64,000 bases of DNA. Source: an uncultured Pseudomonadota bacterium (GTDB lineage Bacteria > Myxococcota_A > Polyangia > Fen-1088). The stretch spans positions 2,099,171 to 2,163,170 of the forward strand of contig CAVTSM010000003.1 in assembly GCA_963737345.1 (NCBI GenBank), given 5' to 3'. Within the stretch, counting starts at the first letter, position 1, and every line of letters begins with the position of its first letter. The notes under the pieces were generated by a model that searched no databases, was not told where the DNA came from, and saw nothing but the letters and a program-made list of their open reading frames with translations. The translations under genes and the position numbers were made by a program. Positions 10,964-20,513 of this stretch are shown piece by piece.

Positions 10964-11938
10964 TCACCAGGCGTAGGCTTCGGGCGCCGGCTTGCCGGGG
11001 CCCGGGAAGATTTCGTCCAGCTTGGCGAGCTGCTTGGCGTCCAGCTGGATGTCCAGCGCGCGCAACCCGCCGTCCAGCTGCTCGCGCGTGCGCGGACCGA
11101 TGATGGGGCCGGTCACCACCGGGTTGGCCAACAGCCAGGCCAGCGCGACGTCGGCCGGCTCCTCACCCAACTCCCGGCAGAAGCGCTCGTACGCTTCCAG
11201 CTTGGGGCGGTGGCGGGCGAGCTCCGCCTGCCCCCACTGGCCGTCACGGCGGCCGCCGCTGCCCGCGCGCCGGCCCGACCCCGCCAGCGCACCGCTGGCC
11301 AGCGGGCTCCACGGAATGACGCCCAAGCCGTAGGCGGCACAGGCCGGCAGCACCTCCAGCTCGATGGAGCGTTCCACCAGGCTGTACTTGCTCTGCTCCG
11401 AGACCAGCCCCAGGAAGTTGCGGCGCGCCGCGGCCTCGCTGGCGCGGGCGATGTGCCACCCGGCGAAGTTGGACGAGCCGACGTAGATGACCTTGCCCTG
11501 TTGAACCAGCAGCTCCATGGCCTGCCAGATCTCTTCCCAGGGCGTGTCGCGATCGACGTGATGCATCTGGTAAAGATCGAGGTGGTCGGTCTTGAGGCGC
11601 CGCAGGCTCCCCTCGCAGGCGGCGCGGATGTGACGGGCCGACAGGCGGCTCTCGTTCGGCCAGTCGCCCATCTCGCCGTACACCTTGGTGGCAAGGACGA
11701 CCTTCTCGCGGCGGCCGCCCCCCTGCGCCAACCATCGGCCGATGATCTGCTCGGTCACGCCCTCGCCCTTCTTCCAGCCGTAGACGTTGGCCGTGTCGAA
11801 GAAGTTGATCCCCAGCTCCAGCGCGCGGTCCATGATCCCGAACGCGTCGGCTTCGGTCGTCTCGGGACCGAAGTTCATCGTCCCCAGGCAAAACCGACTG
11901 ACCTTCAGGCCCGTGCGACCGAGCTTCACGTAGCGCAT
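10964..11938 (-). CDS. Aldo/keto reductase
   Basis: MRYVKLGRTGLKVSRFCLGTMNFG...INFFDTANVYG...HVDRDTPWEE...IPWSPLASG; classic AKR. Confidence 0.9.
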   Translation of the reverse strand: MRYVKLGRTGLKVSRFCLGTMNFGPETTEADAFGIMDRALELGINFFDTANVYGWKKGEGVTEQIIGRWLAQGGGRREKVVLATKVYGEMGDWPNESRLSARHIRAACEGSLRRLKTDHLDLYQMHHVDRDTPWEEIWQAMELLVQQGKVIYVGSSNFAGWHIARASEAAARRNFLGLVSEQSKYSLVERSIELEVLPACAAYGLGVIPWSPLASGALAGSGRRAGSGGRRDGQWGQAELARHRPKLEAYERFCRELGEEPADVALAWLLANPVVTGPIIGPRTREQLDGGLRALDIQLDAKQLAKLDEIFPGPGKPAPEAYAW

Positions 11939-11966
11939 GCGGCGAACTTAGCCGCGCGCCGCCGCG

Positions 11967-11996
11967 GGTCAATGAAAACAACTTGGAACAACTTGG
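11967..11996. promoter_or_regulatory. Three tandem 10-bp direct repeats (aacaacttgg x3) upstream of the AKR gene
   Basis: aacaacttgg aacaacttgg aacaacttgc. On the minus strand they lie just upstream of TTGACC-N16-TAAGTT, which sits 6 nt before the AKR ATG (leaderless-like). Candidate transcription-factor operator. Confidence 0.5.
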
Positions 11997-12010
11997 AACA
12001 ACTTGCCGGC

Positions 12011-13216
12011 TCAACCCTTCACGCAGAGAACCTGTTTCAGCTCGACGACCACTTCGACCAGGTCGGCCTGGTTCTTCATCACCTGATCGATGGGCTTGTA
12101 GGCGGCGGGGATCTCGTCGAGGACCCCGGCGTCCTTGCGGCAGCAGACACCCGCGGTCTGCGCGGCCAGATCCTCGACTGTGTAGGCGCGCTTGGCGGCG
12201 CCGCGTGACATCCGCCGTCCGGCGCCGTGCGACGCGCTCTGGAAGGACTCGGCATTGCCGAGGCCCCGCACCACGTAGCTCTGGGTCCCCATGGATCCGG
12301 GAATGATCCCCAGCTCGCCGGCGCCCGCGCGGATCGCCCCCTTGCGCGTGACGATCACCTCCTCACCGAAGTGAGTCTCCTCGGCGACGTAATTGTGATG
12401 ACAGAGGATGGGCGCCTCGTATGCGACCGGGCGCCCGAGGTGCGGTTCGACGACGCGCGCGAAGACGTCGCACAACAACTGGAACATCACGCGCCGATTC
12501 AAGAACGCATACCGCTGCGCCCAAAACAGGTCGTGGCGATAGGCGGCCATCTCGGGGGTGCCCGCCAGAAAGACGGCCAGGTCGCGATCCGGCAGCTCGG
12601 CGTTGTGCGCCAGCCGCTTGGCGGCGGCGATGTGCACCTCGGCCAGCTGCTTGCCGATGTTGCGCGACCCCGAGTGCAGCATCAGCCACACCCGGCCGTC
12701 GCTGCCCCGGCAGACCTCGATGAAATGGTTGCCACCGCCCAGCGTGCCGACCTGCCGTTTGGCCGTGCTCAGCCGATCGCGCACCTTCGGCGTGAGGTCG
12801 CGGAACTGGGTGAACAGCTGCAGGCCGTCGCGCGCGATCGCGTCGGGCATCCCATGCTTGAACACGGGCTCGTCGTGCGCGTTGAAGCCCACCGGAATGG
12901 CCCGCTCGACCGCGCTGCGCAGCGGACTCAGCGAATCGGGGAGCTCGTCCGCGCGCACCGACGTGCGGATGGCGCCCATCCCGCACCCGATGTCGACGCC
13001 CACGGCCGCGGGCGAAACGGCGCCGCGCATGGCGACGACCGAACCGACGGTGGCGCCCTTGCCGAAATGCACGTCCGGCATGGCGGCCACGTGATGGAAC
13101 ACCCACGGCAACGACGCCGTGCGCTTCAGCTGATCCAGCGCGGAGCTCTCGACCTCATGGACGGGCGCCCACACCTTGATCGGAACGTTCGCGCTGTGAA
13201 CGACGGAAGCCGGCAT
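12011..13216 (-). CDS. rtcB: RNA-splicing ligase RtcB
   Basis: HFGKGATVGSV...GGGNHFIEV...SASHGAGRRMSR motifs. 401 aa. Confidence 0.9.
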   Translation of the reverse strand: MPASVVHSANVPIKVWAPVHEVESSALDQLKRTASLPWVFHHVAAMPDVHFGKGATVGSVVAMRGAVSPAAVGVDIGCGMGAIRTSVRADELPDSLSPLRSAVERAIPVGFNAHDEPVFKHGMPDAIARDGLQLFTQFRDLTPKVRDRLSTAKRQVGTLGGGNHFIEVCRGSDGRVWLMLHSGSRNIGKQLAEVHIAAAKRLAHNAELPDRDLAVFLAGTPEMAAYRHDLFWAQRYAFLNRRVMFQLLCDVFARVVEPHLGRPVAYEAPILCHHNYVAEETHFGEEVIVTRKGAIRAGAGELGIIPGSMGTQSYVVRGLGNAESFQSASHGAGRRMSRGAAKRAYTVEDLAAQTAGVCCRKDAGVLDEIPAAYKPIDQVMKNQADLVEVVVELKQVLCVKG

Positions 13217-13275
13217 GTCAGGTCGTCATTGGATGCACGTGACCGCCCGCCGGATGCGAGAACGCCGCAGCGTCG

Positions 13276-13725
13276 CTACGGCTTGGGCATGTTCTTGAAC
13301 ATCTCGTCCATCCGGCGCTTCATCTCGGGCATCGCCACGTCTTCCTTGTGGCTGGCGATGCTCCAGCGGTTGCCCCACTTGTCGGTCAAGATGCCGTAGC
13401 GGTCGCCCCAGAACTGATCCTCGAGCGGCATCGCGACCTGACAGCCCGCCGCCGTGGCCTGCTTCCACAGCGCATCCGCGTCGCTGACATAAAGATGCAG
13501 CGACGACTGCGTCGGCGGGCCCATCGTGGCGTCCGCGATCATCACGATCGAATCGCCGATCTTGATCTCGCTGTGCATGACCTTGCCGTCCGGTCCCTCC
13601 GCCACCGGGCGTTCCTCGGCGCCGAAGGCTTTCTTGTAAAAGGCGATCGCCTCACGCGCCCCGTTGACGCTCAGGTGCGGCGTGACCGTGTGGTACCCCT
13701 CGGGAACAGCCTTGATCTGTGCCAT
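13276..13725 (-). CDS. VOC/glyoxalase-family protein (PhnB-like)
   Basis: Start taken at internal ATG (MAQIKAVPEGYH) with strong RBS agggaggg. Followed 59 nt later by rtcB on the same strand. Confidence 0.7.
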   Translation of the reverse strand: MAQIKAVPEGYHTVTPHLSVNGAREAIAFYKKAFGAEERPVAEGPDGKVMHSEIKIGDSIVMIADATMGPPTQSSLHLYVSDADALWKQATAAGCQVAMPLEDQFWGDRYGILTDKWGNRWSIASHKEDVAMPEMKRRMDEMFKNMPKP

Positions 13726-13799
13726 CGCTACCCTCCCTTTCGCCGCTTTCATACCGACGATCGGGCTCCGTGGCCAGCGGGTGTTAACCTTGAGGGGTC

Positions 13800-14330
13800 A
13801 TGACGACGTTTCGGCTCGACCGGATGACCGCCGACGTCCGCAAGCTCACGCTCACCGTCTTGGCCCTGGGGGGCGCCTTCATCCTGCTGGCCAAGTCCGG
13901 CCCGCCCGCGATGCGCGCCCACATCGAGATCGGGGCGGCTGCCCTGGCGGCGGTCTGCGCGCTCACCTGGCTCGCCTTGCGCCCGACGCGGTTCATCGTC
14001 GACGAGAGCAGCTTGCGCATCGAATGGCCCATCCGCGTGCGCCTCATTCCGCGCTCCGTGATCGCCGGCGCGCGCCTGGTCAAGGCGGCGGATTTCCGGC
14101 GCGCGCACAAGCTGCGCGTGCGCGTGGGGGCCGGCGGGCTCTGGGGAACGTTCGGCCTCCTCAAGGGCGCCCGCGAAACCTACTCGACCTGGGTGTCACG
14201 GACCGATCGCTGGGTGGTGGTGCACTTGACGGACGGCAGCCATCCGCTGCTGCTGACCCCGGCCCATCCAGACCGTTTCGTGGCCGCGCTGGGCGCCCTG
14301 CCGGCCAACGTCGTCGACCTGCCCCTCTGA
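13800..14330 (+). CDS. Hypothetical membrane-anchored protein (PH-like/DUF)
   Basis: 176 aa with two N-terminal TM helices. No confident family. Confidence 0.45.
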   Translation: MTTFRLDRMTADVRKLTLTVLALGGAFILLAKSGPPAMRAHIEIGAAALAAVCALTWLALRPTRFIVDESSLRIEWPIRVRLIPRSVIAGARLVKAADFRRAHKLRVRVGAGGLWGTFGLLKGARETYSTWVSRTDRWVVVHLTDGSHPLLLTPAHPDRFVAALGALPANVVDLPL

Positions 14331-14349
14331 TCGATCGACCGCGGGCGGG

Positions 14350-14967
14350 TCAGCGCCAGTCGTAGTTGAAGCTGATGCTGATGCGCTCGCCTGGGCCGCG
14401 CTGGGCGGCGACCTCGTGGCGCAGCCAGCTTTCGAACAGGATCACCTTGCCCGCCTCGACGTCGTACGAGATCTGCTGCTTGTTCTCGTCGCGGCTCTTC
14501 GCTCGCTTGGGGGGCGCGCCCATGAACTTGTCGAGGCGCGGGTCCTCGAACCGGATGCGCGACGAGCCGGGGGGCGTGCTCACGTAATAGGTCCCGCTGA
14601 TCACCGACAGCGGGTGCAGATGCAGCGCGTGCACGGCGTGCCGCGACATCATGTTCAGCCAGCAGTCGGTCATGGTCAGCTTCCCCTGGCCGAGGTCCAT
14701 GTCCAGCCGCCGCGCGAAGCGCATGACGTGCCGCCGGATCCGCTTTTCGAGGTCCATGAACGTCGAGAACGCACGGTGCAGGTTGGTCATCGACCCGTAG
14801 GACGTGTAGCCGGCCGGGTAGTTCTGCCGGCACCAGCGCGCCCCGGCCTTGTCGTGGGCGCGGATCTTCCGGCAGTCTTCGACAAGCGACCGCGCGAACG
14901 CGGCGTCGGCGCGCGGCAGCAGCGGGGCATCATAAATCAGCGTCGGGAACCAGGCGCGGGTCGGCAT
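14350..14967 (-). CDS. TIGR02466-type putative 2OG-Fe(II) oxygenase family protein
   Basis: Starts WFPTLIY and ends RISISFNYDWR, with LHLHP...SVISGTYYV in between. These are hallmarks of the ~200-aa TIGR02466/2OG-FeII_Oxy_5 family, identified from memory. The gene starts 7 nt after the radical-SAM stop. Confidence 0.55.
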   Translation of the reverse strand: MPTRAWFPTLIYDAPLLPRADAAFARSLVEDCRKIRAHDKAGARWCRQNYPAGYTSYGSMTNLHRAFSTFMDLEKRIRRHVMRFARRLDMDLGQGKLTMTDCWLNMMSRHAVHALHLHPLSVISGTYYVSTPPGSSRIRFEDPRLDKFMGAPPKRAKSRDENKQQISYDVEAGKVILFESWLRHEVAAQRGPGERISISFNYDWR

Positions 14968-14974
14968 CGGCCGC

Positions 14975-16900
14975 TCAATGTGCCGTCATTCGCAGCGCGT
15001 TCGCAATCAGGTCCGGCGGCACCGCCGGCGGCGGCACGCGGCGGCGGCCACGCGCGGGGTCAAACCAGGTCCGCACGTCCAGCTCCAGGCCGATGCCGTG
15101 CATGTAGTTGTAGAGAGCCTTGCGCAGCCCCTGCCCCAGCCGAGCGTGGTCAGTGCCCACCGGGTCCTCGAAGGGGACTTCGTTGCGCGCGAACGTCGAG
15201 GTCGGACGCAGCAGCCGGATGCCGTAACGTTCCGGCTGTGCGCCGATGGGGCTCCAGGCGGTGGCCGCAAAGCGGTGCCAGAACGCGGACTGGATGCACC
15301 CTTCGGCGAACAGCTGGCGCACGCGCTCGAGGGCGTCGACCGTCTCCTGCTCCGTCTCCGTCGGAAAGCCGTACATCAAGTACGCGTGCACCAGGATGCC
15401 GGCGTCGGTCAACGCGCGCGTCACGCGGGCGACCTGCGCGACCGTCACCCCCTTTTGCATGAGCGCCAGCAGCCGGTCCGACGCCACCTCCAGCCCGCCG
15501 GTGAGCGCGATGCACCCCGATCGCGCCAGCAGCCGCGCCAGCGCGGGCGTGAAGGTCTTTTCGAAGCGAATGTTCCCCCACCACGAGACGACGACCTGAC
15601 GCGCCAGCAATCTCTCGGCGATCGCCCGCAGCATGGCGGGGGGCGCCGCCTCGTCGACGAAGTGGAACCCGGTCTGCCCGGTCTCGGCCACCATCGCCGC
15701 GATCCGGTCGACGATCAGATCGGCCGACGCCGTCTCGTATCGAGCGATGTACGGCAGCGAGACGTCGCAGAACGTGCACTTCTTCCAGTAGCAGCCGCGC
15801 GCGACGGTCAGCTTGTTCCAGCGTCCGTCGGACCAGAGCCGGTGCACGGGGTTCAGCATCTCGAACAGCGACACGTACTGGTGAAGGGGCAGCCCGGCGT
15901 AGGTGGGCGTCCCGGCCTGCTCGTGCGAAACCTCGACGGCGGCCGGATCGGCCTTCAACACCACGCGGCCAGCTTCGCGGACGAAGGTGCGGTGCAACGG
16001 CACGGCGTCGCCGCGCAGGTGGCGGATCAGGTTCAGCAGCGGGCGCTCGCCGTCGTCGAGAGTCACGTAGTCGAAGTAGTCGAACACCCGCGGCTCGCGC
16101 AGCTCGCGCAGCTCTGTGTTGACGTACCCCCCGCCCAGCGCCAGGCGCACCGCCGGCCGCGCGCGGCGGATGGCCCGGGCCAGGCGAAAACCACCGTAGA
16201 CGTTGCCCGGGAACGGCGCGGTGACGCCCACCAGATCGGGCTCGTGCCGGCGCGCCAGCTCGGCGCCGATCTCGTCGGTCATCTGGTCGACCAGCGTGGG
16301 CGGACCTTCCAGCGCCGCGCGCAACGGCTCGAAGCTGGTCGCGCTGACGGCCAGCCGCTCGCCGTAGCGCGCCAGCTCGAAGCGCGCGTCGATGCCGTCG
16401 CGGATGACGTCGGCCAGATCGTCGACGTAGAGGCTCGCGACGTGCTTGGCCCGGTCGGCGATCCCCAGCGCCCCGAAGGCCCAGCCGAGCGGCCCCTCCG
16501 ACTCGTCACCCGCCAGCGGCGCGAACCGCGGCCCCTCGGGCAGGAAGGTCCGCGCGGCGATCCGCGACGCCAGGTTCGGATCGCGCCCCTGCAAGAACGC
16601 GATCACGCTCTCGACGGTCTCCAGGTAACGGTCCGGGTTGTCGAGGAACGCCGCCACCGACGGGCCCATGGCCCGCCGCGCGGCCGGCTTGGCGGACGCG
16701 ATCGCTTCGCGCACGCGCGCCAGCCCAGGGCGCGAGAAGAGGCCCAAGAACAGCTCCAGCGCGGGATCGGCCTGCGCCAGGTCCAGCTCCAGCGTGGCGG
16801 CGTGCTGGCGCAAAAATCCGGTCAGGTAGGCCGTCGCCGGGTACGGCGTGTTCAGCTGCACCATCGGCGGCGTCACCAGCAGGACGCGCATACCCGTCAT
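14975..16900 (-). CDS. B12-binding-domain radical SAM protein (Cx4Cx2C variant)
   Basis: N-terminal B12-binding-like Rossmann domain (MRVLLVTPPMVQLNTPYP...), then GCYWKKCTFCDVS and an Elp3/TIM-barrel-like region. Start taken at the ATG that forms an ATGA overlap with the DnaJ-like stop (16897-16900). The track ORF extends into an R/G-rich artefact. Confidence 0.8.
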   Translation of the reverse strand: MTGMRVLLVTPPMVQLNTPYPATAYLTGFLRQHAATLELDLAQADPALELFLGLFSRPGLARVREAIASAKPAARRAMGPSVAAFLDNPDRYLETVESVIAFLQGRDPNLASRIAARTFLPEGPRFAPLAGDESEGPLGWAFGALGIADRAKHVASLYVDDLADVIRDGIDARFELARYGERLAVSATSFEPLRAALEGPPTLVDQMTDEIGAELARRHEPDLVGVTAPFPGNVYGGFRLARAIRRARPAVRLALGGGYVNTELRELREPRVFDYFDYVTLDDGERPLLNLIRHLRGDAVPLHRTFVREAGRVVLKADPAAVEVSHEQAGTPTYAGLPLHQYVSLFEMLNPVHRLWSDGRWNKLTVARGCYWKKCTFCDVSLPYIARYETASADLIVDRIAAMVAETGQTGFHFVDEAAPPAMLRAIAERLLARQVVVSWWGNIRFEKTFTPALARLLARSGCIALTGGLEVASDRLLALMQKGVTVAQVARVTRALTDAGILVHAYLMYGFPTETEQETVDALERVRQLFAEGCIQSAFWHRFAATAWSPIGAQPERYGIRLLRPTSTFARNEVPFEDPVGTDHARLGQGLRKALYNYMHGIGLELDVRTWFDPARGRRRVPPPAVPPDLIANALRMTAH

Positions 16901-17568
16901 ACGGCGACGCGGATCCGGGCCCGCTGCTGCGCGACGCCCGCCTTGCGCAGATTGGCCGTGATCAGCATGCCGTCGCGGGCCGCGCGCGGGATCGGCACCA
17001 CCACCGGCACGCTGTCGGTCACCGTCCCGGCGTGCTCGCAGCGGATGCACCAGACGCCGCGCGGGCTAGCGACCCCGCCGCAGGTCGGGCACAGGATCCG
17101 CATGCGCATCTCGACGACCGCGGATCCACCGACCGCCGCCTCCGCCGCGCTGAGGGACAGCTCCAGCACGCCATCGGCGGTCAGCCGCGCCACGCCGTCG
17201 GCCTGCAAGCGATCGAGCGGACCGCTCACGCGCGGCAAGACGTTGGGGATCGGCTTTTCCCAGCTCGCCGTCCAGCCGCTGTTCGACACCGTCCAGGCGT
17301 TGGCGTTTCCCCGGACCGCTCCCGGCGCGAAGGCCCCCTGGGATTCGCGCTGCAGCAGATGCGCGTCGTAGGCGGTGCGCGCCGTCGGATCCGACAGCAT
17401 CCGATAGGCCTCGGCGATGCGCCCGAACGTCTCGGCGCTGGCGGCGCCGGCTCGGTCGGGGTGATGTTGCAGCGCCAGCTTGCGGTAGGCGCGCCGGATC
17501 TCCGCGCCGCTGGCTGAGCGGGAAACGCCCAGCAGCACGTAAAGGTCGACGGAGGGCGGCGCGCGCAC
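16897..17568 (-). CDS. J-domain protein with C-terminal CxxC...CxxC zinc finger
   Basis: DLYVLLGVSRSASGAEIRRAYRKLALQHHPDR (HPD motif) and ...CPTCGG...CIRCEHAG. GTG start. Confidence 0.7.
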   Translation of the reverse strand: MRAPPSVDLYVLLGVSRSASGAEIRRAYRKLALQHHPDRAGAASAETFGRIAEAYRMLSDPTARTAYDAHLLQRESQGAFAPGAVRGNANAWTVSNSGWTASWEKPIPNVLPRVSGPLDRLQADGVARLTADGVLELSLSAAEAAVGGSAVVEMRMRILCPTCGGVASPRGVWCIRCEHAGTVTDSVPVVVPIPRAARDGMLITANLRKAGVAQQRARIRVAV

Positions 17569-17591
17569 GGGCGAAGCTTAACTCGCCCTCG

Positions 17592-18464
17592 TCACGGCGC
17601 GCGGCCCACGATGCGGATCAGGTGCTCGGCGGCGCGGGTGCGACGCTGCTCGGCCGCGGCGCGCCATGCGGCGGCGCCGTGCTCGATGTTGCCCAGGTAG
17701 TAGCGAAGACCCAGGCCCAGGCCCAGCAGGGCCGCCTCGGCGACCGCCCCGTCGGCCAGCAGGAAGGCCACGCCGACGCCGAACCCGCCGTTCACCAACA
17801 GCGCCAGCGCGCCGTCCGCCGCCCGCCCCGCGGTGGCCTGCCCCAAACCGGGAACAACCGCCGACAGCACACCGCCCCAGATGGCCCTGTGGCGCGGCTG
17901 AATCTGCAGGGTGTCGATCAGCTCGTCCGCCCGTCCGTCGCGGGGTGCCGCGCCTGCCGGCAGCGCGGCCACGCAGGCGCGCGCGGCCGCCGCGTCCAGA
18001 GCCAACACCTCGGCCACGCAGCGCAGCCGCCCGGCGACCGCGCGCGTCTCCTCGTCGACGCCGAACTCCTCGACCCGGCTGAAGAGGTGCAACGCGTGTG
18101 GGTACGCGCGGGCGCGCAGCAGCACCACCCCGGCTGCCAGCTGCCACTCGTCGCTGCGCGCCGGGTCTTCGACGGCGGCGGCCGCGTCGTTCAGGAACGG
18201 CGCGGCCTGCTCGGGCTGACCGTCCAGCGCCAGCGCCATACCGACGTCGTAAGCGGTCTGCGCCGCGATCGCCTCCGGCCCCCCTTCTGCGGTGAGGCGC
18301 CCGGCTTCCCACCCGGCCTCGCGACTGAGCCCCAGGCGCAGCAACGTGGCCACGAAATCGGGGGCGGCGATAGGCCGAGCCGGCTCGGCAGCCATCGCCC
18401 GGCCGCCCGACAGGGCCCCGAGCGCAAGCAGCGCGCTAAGGATCCAGGCGCCGTTCGTACGCAC
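17592..18464 (-). CDS. Secreted hypothetical protein, paralog B (TM2-like C-terminal module)
   Basis: Signal peptide MRTNGAWILSALLALGALSGGRAMA. C-terminus SAVVPGLGQATAGRAADGALALLVNGGFGVGVAFLL...LGLRYYLGNIEHG is shared with the upstream paralog. Confidence 0.5.
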   Translation of the reverse strand: MRTNGAWILSALLALGALSGGRAMAAEPARPIAAPDFVATLLRLGLSREAGWEAGRLTAEGGPEAIAAQTAYDVGMALALDGQPEQAAPFLNDAAAAVEDPARSDEWQLAAGVVLLRARAYPHALHLFSRVEEFGVDEETRAVAGRLRCVAEVLALDAAAARACVAALPAGAAPRDGRADELIDTLQIQPRHRAIWGGVLSAVVPGLGQATAGRAADGALALLVNGGFGVGVAFLLADGAVAEAALLGLGLGLRYYLGNIEHGAAAWRAAAEQRRTRAAEHLIRIVGRAP

Positions 18465-19320
18465 GATCGATCTCCTGCATCAGCGCGTCCTCGGCGTCGC
18501 GCCGCTGCACGATGGCGCCCACCGCGGAGCCGTAGACGTTTCCCACGTACAAAAGCGCGGCCACGCTCCCCAGGATCCACCCGCGAACCGAGGCGCGCCC
18601 CTCGTCGTAGAAGCCCTGGGCCGCGAGGGCGCCGGTGACCCCAATCAGGACGAAGCTCATGACGCCGTCGGCGACCCGGCCGATGTAGACGCGCCCCAGG
18701 CCCGGGATCACGGCCGACAGGGCCCCGGCCAACCAGGGAGACTTGCGCGGCAACGCCTGGTAGCGGCCGATCAGCTCTTCGTCCTGTTGCTGCCAGATCC
18801 CCGGCAGGCCGGCCGCAGACGGGGCGGCCGTCAGCTGGCGCGCCTCCGCCCAGCGCCGCGCCCGGATGACCCGCATCCGCAACGTCGCGCGCGCAAGCTG
18901 GTCGTCGGGCGAGGGAGACTGCGTCGGCTCCAGCGCCGGACAGGCGGGCGCCGCCAGGTCGGACAGGAACACCTCGGTCAGGCAGAGGCGCAGACGGGTG
19001 CGCGGGCCCAGCGGCGTTCCTTCGCCGGGAAGCGCCAGCACCAGTCGCCGCGCGTCGTCGAAGCGGCCGGCCAGCGACAGGCAAAGGGCGGCGCGATCGA
19101 ACCCGCGCTCGCGCTGGCTCGGGTGCTGGTAGGCGTATCGCAACGCCTCGACGGCGCAAGCCTCGAAGCTGCCCAGGTTGCGCAGACGCTCGGCGAGCTC
19201 CAAGAATGAGGGCGCCTCCACAGGCGCCTGCGCAGCCGCGCGCCGCATCCCGCAAAACGGCGACGCCAGGGCCATCCCGATCACCAACGGCAAGGTCCAC
19301 CTGCGCACGCGCGCGCTCAC
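18436..19320 (-). CDS. Secreted hypothetical protein, paralog A (TPR-like plus the same C-terminal PGLG membrane module)
   Basis: Start taken at GTG (complement 19318-19320), which forms a GTGA overlap with the YidD-like stop: SARVRRWTLPLVIGMALASPF... C-terminus ALSAVIPGLGRVYIGRVADGVMSFVLIGVTGALAAQGFYDEG...LLYVGNVYGS. The track ORF runs to 20067 in an R/S-rich artefact. Confidence 0.5.
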   Translation of the reverse strand: MSARVRRWTLPLVIGMALASPFCGMRRAAAQAPVEAPSFLELAERLRNLGSFEACAVEALRYAYQHPSQRERGFDRAALCLSLAGRFDDARRLVLALPGEGTPLGPRTRLRLCLTEVFLSDLAAPACPALEPTQSPSPDDQLARATLRMRVIRARRWAEARQLTAAPSAAGLPGIWQQQDEELIGRYQALPRKSPWLAGALSAVIPGLGRVYIGRVADGVMSFVLIGVTGALAAQGFYDEGRASVRGWILGSVAALLYVGNVYGSAVGAIVQRRDAEDALMQEIDRAYERRLDP

Positions 19321-19766
19321 TCGGCCCGCATCAGGCAATAGCGGGCTGGGTCGTCGCGCAAGAGCCGTCCGCCCTCGGCGCGCGGGTAATACGGCACGGC
19401 CAGCGGGTGATCGCGCAGCAGGCGATCCAGCGTCAGCAACACGCCCTGAAACAGCCCGCAGTGCCCGATCGCGGCCTGCGAGAACCGCGAGCACGACGGC
19501 GTGAAGACACAGCCGCCCGCGTCCTGCGACGACAGCATCAGATGGTACGTGCCGAACAGCGCCCGCGTGACCCCGCTGCCCAGCGCCCCGTCCCAGGGGC
19601 GCGCCCCGGCCTCCGCCTGCGGGGCGGTCTCCGATCCGGCCAGCAGGTACGCGACGGCCTGCTCCGGCTTCCACAGCTCGGGAACCTCCGCCGCGGCTCC
19701 CGCGGCGCGCGCGCCCCCGCCGCCGGCCAGCGCGGCGGCGAACGTGGTTATCAACAATCCCCGCAT
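19317..19766 (-). CDS. YidD-like (membrane protein insertion efficiency factor / haemolytic-domain) protein with N-terminal signal and linker
   Basis: FGTYHLMLSSQDAGGCVFTPSCSRFSQAAIGHCGLFQGVLLTLDRLLRDHP matches the YidD core (CxF.P.CS.Y...A....G...G..L...R..RCHP). Start at internal ATG (MRGLLITTFAAALAG). Confidence 0.55.
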   Translation of the reverse strand: MRGLLITTFAAALAGGGGARAAGAAAEVPELWKPEQAVAYLLAGSETAPQAEAGARPWDGALGSGVTRALFGTYHLMLSSQDAGGCVFTPSCSRFSQAAIGHCGLFQGVLLTLDRLLRDHPLAVPYYPRAEGGRLLRDDPARYCLMRAE

Positions 19767-20509
19767 CACCAAGAGAGGGGCTGGATTTTCGTCTGCGGGC
19801 CCAGCTTCGCGCAACCGATCGTTCCCTTCTGCGGATCGAAGCGGGCGATCCGATCGAGGGTCCATTGCTCCTCGCGCTGCCGGGCGCCGCCCGACGCGTA
19901 GTAGTCCGCGACGACCGTGCGCGGGACCGTGCGAATGCCGACCCGGACGCGTTCGCCGAATGCGAACCGGCGCTGCGGCTGCCCCTTGGCGTCGACCAGC
20001 TCGATCGAGCGCGCACCCTGACGGGTCTCGACGGCGTGCAGCTCGCCCAGTTCTTTTCCGCCGCCATCGACGACCCGCCAGCGCGTCAGCAGCTCGCCGT
20101 TGGCCCGCTTGCGGTCCAGCAGCTTCGACCCCGCGGGGAGCGTGCTGGCCGGATCGACCAATCCGGCCGCCAGCGCGTCCAGCATGGGCGGCGGCTGCGG
20201 CGGCAACACTCGCGCGACGAACGCCAGGTCGCGATCCGGGTAGTAAATGACCAGCTCGCGCGGCGACAGGTGCATCTCCTGCAGGCGCGGCGACTTCACG
20301 GCCACGCAGATCTCGCCGCCGGGGATGAAGCTCAAGGAACCGGAGACGGTCTCGGTGCCGGCGGCGTCGACGGTCTTCAGAACGAAGTCCGCCGCCAGGG
20401 AGACGGATCCCGTCGCGGCGGCGGGCGGCGGATCGACCTTGGCAGGCGCCGGGACCAGCGTCGCGGCCAGAGCAGCGGCCAGAGCAGCGGCGACGGTGGC
20501 GGTCAGCAC
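19766..20509 (-). CDS. Secreted hypothetical protein (LolA-like fold suspected)
   Basis: GTG start. Signal peptide MLTATVAAALAAALAATLVPAPA, then a ~200-aa beta-rich domain. Family call is weak. Confidence 0.45.
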   Translation of the reverse strand: MLTATVAAALAAALAATLVPAPAKVDPPPAAATGSVSLAADFVLKTVDAAGTETVSGSLSFIPGGEICVAVKSPRLQEMHLSPRELVIYYPDRDLAFVARVLPPQPPPMLDALAAGLVDPASTLPAGSKLLDRKRANGELLTRWRVVDGGGKELGELHAVETRQGARSIELVDAKGQPQRRFAFGERVRVGIRTVPRTVVADYYASGGARQREEQWTLDRIARFDPQKGTIGCAKLGPQTKIQPLSW

Positions 20510-20513
20510 CCGC

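Noticed and set aside
11960-12000. TGGAACAACTTGG read as a sigma-54 -24/-12 element
   Set aside because: The GG to TTG spacing is 2 nt too short for TGGCACG-N4-TTGC, and it is on the strand opposite the adjacent genes. Interpreted as a direct-repeat operator instead.
14978-17371. 797-aa forward ORF
   Set aside because: Antisense shadow of the B12-radical SAM and J-domain genes.
20466-20490. Short tandem repeat ccagagcagcgg x2
   Set aside because: Lies inside the LolA-like signal-peptide coding region (AALAAALAA). Trivial codon-level repetition.
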